From the NCBI GenBank assembly GCA_024704765.1, contig JAKMXF010000035.1, positions 1 through 64,000 on the forward strand: a stretch of 64,000 bases of DNA, read 5' to 3'. The notes below the pieces were generated by a model. It ran no database searches. It worked only from the letters and a program-made list of their open reading frames with translations, and had not been told where the DNA came from. The position numbers were made by a program, and so were the translations under genes. Positions 1 through 10,411 of this stretch are shown in pieces. The stretch is from Oopsacas minuta. Lineage: Eukaryota; Animalia; Porifera. Position 1 is the first letter of the stretch, and every line of letters starts with the position of its first letter.

Positions 1-207
1 AGATTGTGTTGAAGTTATCATTTGTTGGGACGAAGAGTGCTTGATCGTATCGATGTGTTTCTTGACTGAAGAAATTCCAGCACTGGCTAAATTAATGTCC
101 ACATTGCAGATAGTGCAATATGCGAAATTATTACCTTTATTGCTTGATTTTTTGAAAGAAAACTCTTGACCAAATTCAAAGCGGAATGAACATTTCCTCT
201 TCGCCAT
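1..207 (-). CDS. hAT-type transposase, N-terminal BED-like zinc finger (partial, runs off the left edge)
   Basis: Not in the ORF track. Hand translation from ATG at 207 gives 69 open codons, MAKRKCSFRFEFGQEFSFKKSSNKGNNFAYCTICNVDINLASAGISSVKKHIDTIKHSSSQQ..., with a C-x2-C ... H-x5-H pattern. It lies just inside a hAT-like terminus at 346. Confidence 0.7.
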   Translation of the reverse strand, partial: MAKRKCSFRFEFGQEFSFKKSSNKGNNFAYCTICNVDINLASAGISSVKKHIDTIKHSSSQQMITSTQS

Positions 208-346
208 ATTTATAGGTTTAGCTAATATACTAAAGTAAACAAGGACAAATAAGGACCATAAGGAAAAAGAAGGACAGAATGAAAAGAAAACAAATAGTCT
301 ATAAAGGAGGACTGTCCTTCCAAAAAATGGACATCTGGTCACCCTG
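1..346 (-). mobile_element. One end of a hAT DNA transposon (Blackjack-like terminus)
   Basis: The minus strand begins CAGGGTGACCAGATGTCC at 346. AAGGAC subterminal repeats occur at ~240-320, and a transposase ATG follows at 207. Confidence 0.65.
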
Positions 347-738
347 CATTGGTACCTCCTCCTCTAGAACCTCTCCCAGTTCTGCAATTAGCTGCTCTAA
401 GGGCTCGGATTGGTTCCTGAATACAATATGGGTCTCAGGCTGGTGTGCATTAAACTCTGCCAATTCTAACTTTATATCAGCTAGAATTCTCTCCTGCAGC
501 TCTCGGAGGTCATTCATTTGGAGACGACGCTCCGTCTCGGCCTCCATACCGGCCAGTTCCTCAAACTTTTTAATTCGGTCTAATCTCCTCGCTGCCTTTT
601 CGTCACATAGTTCGTGGTACCTGTATAGGAGAGCTGCTCGCCTCTGGTTCAGGCGATAAACCATCCGATTAAATAGTTCATTGATTTGTGTCTCAATAGG
701 GTCTACGGGGCAATTACTGGGGCGTTATAATGTGCCAT
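347..738 (-). pseudogene. 5' coiled-coil half of an NHL-family gene, truncated by the hAT insertion
   Basis: ATG at 738 gives MAHYNAPVIAP. Adding one base in the G4 run at 707-710 continues it as VDPIETQINELFNRMVYRLNQRRAALL...LGEVLEEEVPM. This resembles the N-terminus of the 10412 gene, and the homology stops exactly at the transposon end. Confidence 0.65.
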
Positions 739-3577
739 TTGTTGGTATTTGTTTCCAAAATTATGAAAAGAAAAACAGTTAGTGAATAGCTATAGACAAA
801 TATTCTTGTGTCTTATACTAGCAGAGCTGTCCTAACTAAACTGTGTCATCTCTAGTGTCACAAATATTAATCTAATTATTGTATAATGAAACTAAACTGC
901 AATTAGTTCCTTAAAAGGAATTTTCCAGATAGAATGTGTATCAAGACTTATGTAAGAGCTAGGTGGTGGAATGTGGCATCAGTTTGTGCCACACCTATTA
1001 TGATGCACATGGTTACTCTCCACCCAGTCAGGAATGTAAGGAAAGGGAATACTTTCATTTGTAAGTAATCTAACACTTCTCATAGTTCTTACAGAGATAG
1101 CTCTGCTAGGATACCAGATAGCTCACAAGGAATGTGGCATATCTAATGAATGGCACAAGAATTCCTTTCATAAAAATGCAAGAGAATCGATTTTCTGATA
1201 AGTATTTTAATCATCAAATACTTTCAGCGCCATATGGCATTACAACCATCTAAGAGACACTTAATCTCATTACCCTATTGGCTAACAGATTAACCTCAGC
1301 CGACCGTGATAATTCAAGCGGCAGAGTATTAGATACGACACTTTTATGACACTTTAAATAAAGGACAAATAACGACAGACAACTCCTGTTATATCTAAGC
1401 TCAAGGGGACACATAGATATAACCGATGGAATTTATGTTACTGTATTTCTACAATTTCACACTTCGATATAAGAGGGGTAATTAGAGGCGCTAGCGAGGG
1501 CAATGGGCGCGGACGAGAAGTTTGTAATATTACTCCGGTGTAAGCCTCCCTACAACCCCTACCAGTGCTGCCAGGAGATTTCAGAAAAATGTAAATAGAA
1601 ACCAAATATTTTATGAAGCATTTTCAAATCCCTTACACAGTATGTACGTATGTATATAGTATATTTGTCCTTTATTTGTCAACTTATATATTATCTACAT
1701 TATTATAGGAAAAATAACGCGATGTTCTTCAAATCAGGTTAATTTCCTAAAATAATGTGATAGTTATTCATAAGATTGTATTCTAGTTACAATATAAGTC
1801 ACAATATAAACCACCAGTTAAAACTCATTAACCCATTCATTTAATTCCATTTTCACTATTGCATGTGATTCCCATGGTCTTTTATGCATATCATGCGGTA
1901 ATACGACAGATCTGATCCACCTTAAATTATCAATTGTTCTGCGAACGCAAATATTGTTGTTATTTGATCAAATCTGACAGAGTCCTCAACTGAGTGAGAT
2001 TGTAACCTTTAGTCTCCTCAGCAAAAACGTTATCTGTAATTTCACTATCCTCGATCTTCACTACTGGTAAATTGAGGAAAACTTAGATACATAAGTTTCA
2101 TTATCATCATATTGATAATTCTCGAATGACACAATCACCGTATTTTATGAACCTTTAATTAAATATTTAAGAAATATGAACCTCATACTGTAGCAAAGCT
2201 AAGAATCAATCCATAAACTTCTTGCAGGTAAGATGGCTATTCAGTAACACTGAATGATTTACCGAGAACAATTAAATAATGAAGGCATAATTTCCAAATC
2301 TTGTCAGTCAAATAATATTACAAATAACATATTACTATTACCTAATCTTACTCTTTAGTATTAAATTTTTGCATTTCTAAGAGACACAATAATTCAATGC
2401 AGTATTTCCGAGCTATGTTATGATCGGATGATAATTTTGTGGAATTGTATTAATTCTAGAGATCTTAACATATTTCGATTGATTAGAACTTCTCAGAATT
2501 TCTACGATGGACATTTCAATTTCCTAATCCTTATTGCTAAGGTTCTAATAATCGGAACCCAGTATACTACTATACTCTTAATCATTCACAGATTAGTCAT
2601 CTTAGTCATCTTATTAATCTCACTATACACAAACGAGTTATTACGTAATTCTTACTGAAACAGCTTAGCTATATTTCTAGGGAAATTTCATATTATCAAG
2701 AAATCTCTCATATTTAGAATGTTTATTGGTTAGATTAGAAAAGGTGTTTTCGCTCTGCTGTTCACACCTTTAGAGATTAGGTGTGAAAAGCAGAGCGACG
2801 GCAAAGGGTACTTCCTCGGACACGAAGCGTTTGTTAGTAGCGACTTTTACAATAAACAAGAAATATATATTAACCATTTGAATAAATTCGATACTCTGTG
2901 ATCTAGCTAGGTAGATTCGTAGAATTCTTTCAATCACAGATACAACTCAATATGCCAAATGTCTAATGTCATCAATTTGACCAATACAAACTTGTCATGA
3001 AATATTACGTCATCAATAAAATCTAAAATTTACAATATTTTTAGATATTCATAATGCTCGAAGCACAGAGTGCATAATTTCTAATCAATACTACCAGAAA
3101 ATGTGACAATTTTAAACGTATAAAAGGTGGTAAAATCTCGATTTGGTTGCGAAATAGGTTAAAACGAAGTGCGAAAATTTGGTCTTCCTTCTTGTTACGA
3201 AGGTAACACAATTAGTTAACTGAATCATTTAATCATTGAATATGGATTAGATAGGGGAAATTTGGGTTATTCGAGTCAAGTATCCACAAGCGAAGTAGGT
3301 CATAGTCATAACCAAGTTCATCTGTAGAGAATGAGGCAAAGTATATACATGACACCCAGCTGGATGATTAACCTCGCCCACCAGCATTTCCGCTATCCGC
3401 TATCCGCCCCTGATTATTAAACACACATGCCAATTACTTAAACAGTACCCAGTAGTCTAGTACATTTACTTTTTGCGTAATAGTAGATAGAATAATTCTA
3501 CGATCTACAAACTAATAACTACTCTAATATCTACAGATTCTACACTAACGTAGCTATCTCCTATAAACTAGTAAATA

Positions 3578-5534
3578 TCAATGGAAACCAATCTTCGTAA
3601 GATAACTGCCAACAGAAGACCAAACACCTCCTTTGGTCTGCTTTTCTTCTCTAATCTTTATCTTATATGCTTCAAACGGGTCAAATCCTTCCTCAGTAAC
3701 CTAGGTCAGATTATCCACTTTCATCTTAACATCATTAAGGTATACAATTCGATCTTCCCACCCAAGTTCAGCATTAGCTTTCTCAGATTCAATTAGAATG
3801 CGGATGTATTCACCAGTGGAGAGTGGATTCGGTTTAAGAGCTATCTCATTTAGTTTGTTAATGCTCTTGCGCAATACTTCCGTTATGCAAATTACTTCTA
3901 TCTGTACTGCTTCAAATTCGTCTACCATCTCTTCGACTGTCTGTGTGGCAGTTTTCACCTTACCACTTGCATCTTGGTATCTCTTTTTGAGTTCATCAGA
4001 TGTTCTTTCCACCTTTCTACTTTCTGTTGTAAAATAATATGGCATATTCTTGTGTTGACGCCAACTACACCTAAAATTGCAAACTTTACACTTGGCGTTA
4101 TCCCCTTCCGCCCCCATCCATAGCAGCACATCTATATTTCTCATCATCAGCAATACCACAAGGATTATGACATGCAGAATTACACGTCAGACAATTAGTC
4201 ACGTAGGTACCTTCCGGAAGATCATGTTTAACTATTGTATCCTCATTTACCATGTAAGTAAAATCTTCATTACGAGCAATATCTGATTTATGTTGTTCCA
4301 CCACTGCAACTTCGCTCCTCAGTTGTTCCAACTTATTGAATCCAAGTTGTATTTCGAACTGTAAACCCATAATTTCTGTTTCAATTCTTTCCCTCTCTTC
4401 AAGAACTGACTTAGTTTGGATTAATGATTTTGGTTGGATCTTTGAAAAATGACTGAAAAACTTTTCAAAACTTCTCATCCCCATCTGCCAGAACATGGAA
4501 GCGAATTCATCTTCTGTTGTATTATCATCGAAAATTACAGAATTATTGAATTTGAAGAATTCCTGAAAAGGCATACGAGCTTCATTAATGCCATTCAAGA
4601 CCTGAGGCGCTTTACCATCTGCGAATGTTAGTAAAAGATATATATTCTCTCCGATATCTTTCCCAAATAATGCCAGAATTTGATCAAATATGTATTTTTG
4701 AGTGAAGGTAAGTCGAGGAAGTGATGATTGAGCTACAAACCCCACAGCATCAATATGATCTATCCCCTGAGCCCCTGGAATAGTGAAGAAGTTGTGGATC
4801 TGTTTTGTAATCTCTGCATCTCTCTGGATACCCCTAGTATCTCCGAAACCTGGAGTATCAATGATTGTTAATGTGTGATTAACTGTAAATCCCTTTCGAT
4901 GGTGAATAGTGTAAGCAGTGATCCATGAAGTTTGACTATGTGCCTGACTCCTCCCTCCATCGCCATCCTCTGTCTCAGTGACCAATTTGAACCTGAACTC
5001 GTCAGTATACTTGACTCCAAACAAATAGTTGATCATACTATTGATTAGAGTAGTTTTTCCAGAGCCAGTGGCTCCCAGTATCATTATCACTTTTTCATTC
5101 TTCACATATGATCCAGTTTTTGATTTCCCAAATTCAAACTTTTTAATCTGAGTATCTGCACTGTAAGATGTCTGATTTAATTTGAGTTTGTAGATCTTAA
5201 CAGTTGGTAATTGTGCACACATTTCTGATTGTTTTATAATTTCTGCTTTTAACCTATTATTGATATTTTCGATATTTTCATGCTCGATTTCTTCCTTTAT
5301 TTTGGTGCAAACAATTGAACTTAGCTTAGATGTGGTAGAAGAATACCCTGACAAAGTCCACTCGGTTTTCTTCTTGTCTGCTTTGGAATTCCTGTCAACA
5401 GTAGAAGATTTTACAGGCTTGATTTCCTCTTCATTTACAGATTCTACTTGTTGGTCATTTTCAATCTGAGAGGAATATGTACTTGTTGCGACATTAGGCT
5501 GTGGAAGTGTCCGATTGACAGGTGTTAATGGATC

Positions 5535-5602
<68 letters not shown>

Positions 5603-5735
5603 GAGTATTTTGGGCTCCCGTTGTTCTCTCATCTCGATTCGACTGCGATATAAAGTCTCTTTGAATTTTGATAATATAGGAGAGCGAAAAGATGAAACAT
5701 ATAGTTATTAGTAGAGAGAACAGTTCTAGAAGCAT
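3578..5735 (-). CDS. Septin/AIG1-like P-loop GTPase with N-terminal hydrophobic anchor, polyQ, Cys/His-rich domain and coiled coil; one frameshift and one in-frame TAG
   Basis: G1 motif GATGSGKT and G3 motif DTPGFGDTRG. CLTCNSACHNPC...CAAM continues as CKVCNFRCSWRQHKN after a +1 G in a homopolymer (C5 at 4111-4115). The TAG at 3701-3703 is followed by ~40 more in-frame codons to TGA at 3578. Confidence 0.8.
5535..5603 (-). repeat. Pure (CAA)23 coding microsatellite (polyQ)
   Basis: 23 uninterrupted TTG units on the + strand, translated as Q23 in the GTPase ORF. Confidence 0.95.
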
Positions 5736-6269
5736 GGTAACCAGACATTAGTTCATATAAAGATATGAAACTTGTATTTATAGTAAATATTGTATTTTCT
5801 AATCTTCTGTTTATGTAACTAGAAGTTGTACGTTATGTAAACTTATAACATCAGTTCCAATTTCAAACCAATAATTCAAAGTTTCACACAGTAACTAACT
5901 CAACTTCTGATTCACGATTTCTTCGTGTGAGGCAACAGTTCTTCAATCATGTATAGAAGAAATGTTACGTAGTATTTTCAGATTTTTGTATTAAGCAACA
6001 CATTGGACACTTATGTCGTAGTATTTTGAGGAGAGTATAGAATTCTGAGATGTAAGTATGCAACACGAATTGTGCATGTGGTTAATTGTAATTTGGGGAT
6101 AAATGAGTGCTGAGATTCTGTGTTACTTAAATAAGTTATAAACTCCTTCATTATCAAATGTCACAATTTTTGATAACTCAAAATACTTTTACGTGAATAT
6201 TATATTTGTTTTTCAAAAATTCTTCTCTAATGTAAATTCATTTTGTCATTTGAATTCTCACATTTGAGT

Positions 6270-7090
6270 AGATCCCGAAGAAGTCAAAGCCATCATTGAG
6301 TTCAATGAGTGCGACCAAATTCCAGGAACTCTCAGTCTACTAAATGTTTATGGAATTCAAGAGGAAGGCAAATAATTATACCCTCTCTGAGGAAGAACTT
6401 AACAGCCTTTTCAAGGTAGGTATCAAAAATATGTATTCTGTTTGTATGTGAACATTTAATAATACATATACAAATTTAGATCCTAAGATAATCTGAAAAA
6501 TTGATACTATACAATATTTACTTATGTCTAGAAAGCCTCCAAGAGTGGCTACAGTTGGCTCACGGAAGTACCCAGTTGTGATGAAATTGGGTCAATCTTT
6601 GTATAATATCACGATCAATTAGGTCATCCTTGGATCAATTCTACAATACAAGCAATCCAGCAAAGATACTATTGGGTAGGAATGTATCCAGATGTTCGAA
6701 ATTATGTGAGTGTTAAAATGTGATATCAGCAAATACTCTACAAGTTAAAATGTGGATCGGTAGTCCATACTTGTATAGTTGTTCTGGCAATTCATAACAA
6801 TCCAACTGAAATTTGCTTGAAATTTTGTTTTGTTTGATATACTTATAGGTAAAAACATGTGTTACATGTCAAGAGACAGCCGCTTTACCCCCATAACCTC
6901 AAAGGAAATTACAACCTATTACACTTCCAGAAACTCCAGAAACACCTTGGACGCACATAGGGATGGATCTATGCGATCTCCTTGAGACCCCTGAGGGATA
7001 CAAACATATACTAGTGACAGTCTGCTATCTTTCCAAGTATGTTGTTGCAAAGCCACTCAAGGCTAAGACAACCACTGAAGTATCTGGAGA
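6270..7090 (+). mobile_element. Degraded intron-containing Gypsy-type integrase (Ginger/GIN-like)
   Basis: Spliced reading: LQEWLQLAHGSTQL / GHPWINSTIQAIQQRYYWVGMYPDVRNY | gtgagt...ttatag | VKTCVTCQ...PWTHIGMDLCDL...GYKHILVTVCYLSKYVVAKPLKAKTTTEVS. This is an HHCC zinc domain plus the start of an rve core, with an internal stop. It is truncated at ~7090. Confidence 0.65.
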
Positions 7091-7253
7091 AGCGATGTAG
7101 AGATCATGGCAGCTTCGGCCCATCTGATTGTTGATATTTTCATCGCTAACAACGATTATCACGAAAGGGGATCTCTTTGTTGGAAGGTTGAAAGGTCTGA
7201 ATTTGCTTTTGCAAATGGCTTAGGCTAAGAACTTTGTATGAATAATCAATATA

Positions 7254-7853
7254 TGCAAATAAACAAAGTGTGTGTGTGTGTCCGAGCGTTTTCTCAGAGA
7301 TGCATGGGCCGATTCGAGCCAAATTTTGTGTGTGTATTAAGTAGTACTCAACCTTTCCAATTACGAAATATTTTTCGAATCGAACCATTTTTGGACAAGA
7401 TGTGTGAATTTTTCACACCTCGCCCATATAAATCAATACATTTTCTGAGGAATCTGATTGGTCAACGTTGACCAATCAGATTCCTTCCTTCGTATAATAT
7501 GAAAAAGTCTAGGAATTTGGTTCAATCAGATTCTACCAATTACAATAATTACTATTCACAGGTTATTGATCCCGTGGAGTAATGTGGAGAAAGTGATACC
7601 CAACTTCTCCCAAAGAAGGACCATCTTACGAAACAAACAAGAATATTTTCCTATACAATTAGTACAAACTTGATGATCCGTTATTGAGAAAAGTTAACGG
7701 ATCATCAATTTTGTATTAATTGTATAGGAATAATACATGCGGACGCGTAGCGTTCGCAAATTCCAAAAGGCAATCGTCAGGGCTGAAGGGCACAAAAAGC
7801 ATTCCGCAGGAACTAGCAGAAAAAGGCGCCCAGAGGGCAGCGTTACTGCTAGT
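7254..7853 (+). mobile_element. Helitron-like non-autonomous element, family B copy 1 (with ~230-bp internal insert)
   Basis: Similar to 30897-31285 and 43622-43949. It has a 5' (TG)n tract, an internal palindrome and a GC-rich 3' end terminating in CTAGT. Confidence 0.6.
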
Positions 7854-8188
7854 AAACAATATAATTATATTTTGCCAATCGGTGTTTCGCCCATTTTACA
7901 CTTAGTCAGGAATGTTGAAAGAAACAAACACGCTGTGTTCTACATTGCTTGATAATACAGAATGTAGGGTATACTAAAGTCCAAATGGTTCAGAAACTCT
8001 TCTATCTAATTCCATTATTAAAACTACGTGCCTATAATACTAGCTTACAAGTTGTGAATTATGGTTTTCCCATAAGGAACTCTGTTTCTAACGAAATGGA
8101 CAAGTTGCCGAGGAGTTCGATATAATGAAGATTCATAATACCTAGCTCATGGATTTCTATTTATCTCATACAATACAATACTACCAAT

Positions 8189-8725
8189 CAGAGCTGCAAA
8201 TGGGTCACTGACCCATGGGTCAATGGGTCAGATGGGTCACTTTTTAAGATGGGTCAGTGGGTCATGACCCATCAAAATTGTATTTATATACAATGTATGC
8301 ATAAAAGAGTTATTTGTCAATTAGAAAACCTTCTAAATAGAGTTAATAGAGGTGGTCATTATATTAAATGTTTGGAATACTACAAGTAAGAGTTTTAATC
8401 TCCTTGATTTGTGGAAGCAGAATAAACTTAGGTTTCCATTATTATCAATAATTGCCATGAGACTATTGGTAATTCAGGCATCCTCATCCGAAAGCGAGAG
8501 ACACTATAGTGCCTTTAATGCTCAGCATATCGTAACATCTCAACGGAATGCAATGTTGCCAGAAACTATCGAAGCTGTCTCTGTTTTGTTGGAAGGATAT
8601 AAAAACAACTTGATTTAATTATTGTGTTAGACTAAATACTTACATTATACTTGCTCCTAATAATGAAATACATAATGGGTCAGAATGGGTCATGGGTCAC
8701 TTCATGTGACCCATTTGCAGCTCTG
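8189..8725 (+). mobile_element. 537-bp hAT internal-deletion derivative retaining the C-terminal dimerization domain (ORF 8352-8618)
   Basis: Perfect 20-bp TIRs CAGAGCTGCAAATGGGTCAC and a perfect 8-bp TSD CTACCAAT (8181-8188 and 8726-8733). The ORF LWKQNKLRFPLLSIIAMRLLVIQASSSESERHYS matches the hAT W...P.L..A...L...ASS..SER.FS motif. Confidence 0.92.
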
Positions 8726-9174
8726 CTACCAATAGTGTAAGAGAATAAATGGTGAAATGCAATTTCACAGTTCTGCTTACTTATTAGCAATTGCTCTAAC
8801 AAATCATTAGACAATCCGACTTACTAACAGGCTAGCAATGTAATGACAATCAATTTTGTATAAATAACGAGTGAGGAATAACATTAACTGTCTAGCCTAA
8901 TATTTGTAATATATTTTAAATAATTATCATGGAAATCTGGTGATGTGTCATGGACAGAAATTATGTTTGGATGTAGCAATATGCATTCCATATAGCTCTG
9001 TTAAATGTTAGGCTCAGAAATAAATATACTATCAATAATGGATATATTTAATCAAACATTCGTTACACATATACAATAAAAATATTATCAATATTACAGA
9101 GCTGAAAAGTTGAGATTGTTACTTCCGAAGATTAATCAACAATTACAAACTCGCCATACTCATCTTAGGCTTCA

Positions 9175-9479
9175 TCAGGGCAGCTCTCTGGGATTGTTGA
9201 TGAGGAACTCTATATATTGCCTCAATTCTACTATTTCATAGGTCAGGTCAAGCAATTCGTTCTTCAGATCCAATATCACTTTCCAAACCTTCTTAGGATC
9301 TGTGCGCATACGACTGTCCGACGATATTTCCTCATTTTATTCCTCCTCCGTATTACTTGTATTTTTGTTCTCTCACTTTCAGGAATATTTCTGATTTTAA
9401 TTCTCAATATTTTATTCAAATCCTTAATATCCATACATGTGATTTCCTCTTCGGTAATGTATTTGATGTTGCTTGACAT
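9175..9479 (-). CDS. Minimal Maf-like bZIP protein (~100 aa), one frameshift near 9315
   Basis: ITEEEITCMDIKDLNKILR...ERTKIQVIRRRNKMRKYRR resembles the Maf extended homology and basic region. Adding one base continues it as DSRMRTDPKKVWKVILDLKNELLDLTYEIVELRQYIEFL, with four heptad leucines, to TGA at 9175. Confidence 0.72.
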
Positions 9480-10049
9480 TTTCTTTGCTTTTCTTGTATA
9501 TTGTAGTGAATTTGTGAAGAATTTTCAAATATTTATACAAACATTTCAAACAGTACGTAGATATGATTGAATGTACAATGAAACTAGCTTCAGGCAAGCA
9601 TCAAGAGTATTCCAAAAACATTATAGTATAACAATAGCATTTCAAGCCTCTAAATTGAAACCTATTGGAGAAATAGGTAAATCAAACAACAAATAACTTC
9701 TATAAAGCTCAGCTATACTATAGTACAGCTTTTGTGTATTAGCTTTTCTATGTTCGAGGAAAGGTCATTTGTTAGGCGTAATGAAAGCCACCTTTATGGA
9801 ATGAGGGTATGGGGTTATAAGTTACAAAAACTGTACTATAGTTGATCTATATATACGGAATCTGATTAAAGAAATGATCATCTAGCGAAAATTAACAATT
9901 ACTGGATAGAATTAATAATTACCTGATTACTCAGAAGTGTTACGTTCGTAACAAAAGAAATACTAGAGTTTTATCACTTCGTATTAACCTAAATGGATTT
10001 TAGCACCTTTTTGACGTCATAGAATCACACATTTTCCCCGCCTTACTCG

Positions 10050-10052
<3 letters not shown>

Positions 10053-10103
<51 letters not shown>
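10053..10103 (+). repeat. (AAT)17 microsatellite
   Basis: Read directly from the sequence. Confidence 0.95.
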
Positions 10104-10104
<1 letters not shown>

Positions 10105-10411
10105 TCTCATTTTTACCGAATAGCTAAGAATAAATATTTGCAGAATTCAAACAAATATACTTTGATAATTCAAATTATTGAAAGAATAACTAAATTAGAA
10201 CTGAAACTAACCATACGACACCTGCACTACATACACTGATTGTGTAATTGTATACCAGACATAACTCTAACCAAGAAAAATTCCCTAACTTTACAGTAAT
10301 TACTATAGCAACCATTGATGTGCGTTGTTATTCTCAAGTTACACAAGTATAAGATAGAGTCTGTAATAGTTAAAAATATTATTTCTAACAAACTCAAATC
10401 TAAACAATAAA

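Noticed and set aside
279-659. Plus-strand 126-aa Ser-rich ORF, and similar ORFs at 3798-4037, 10477-10665, 41427-41870, 58789-59232 and 62218-62661
   Set aside because: Antisense shadows of real coding sequence on the other strand.
930-1160. Exon-like Cys/His-containing pieces (ECGISLCHTYY) with splice-like ends
   Set aside because: No consistent frame or recognisable domain could be assembled.
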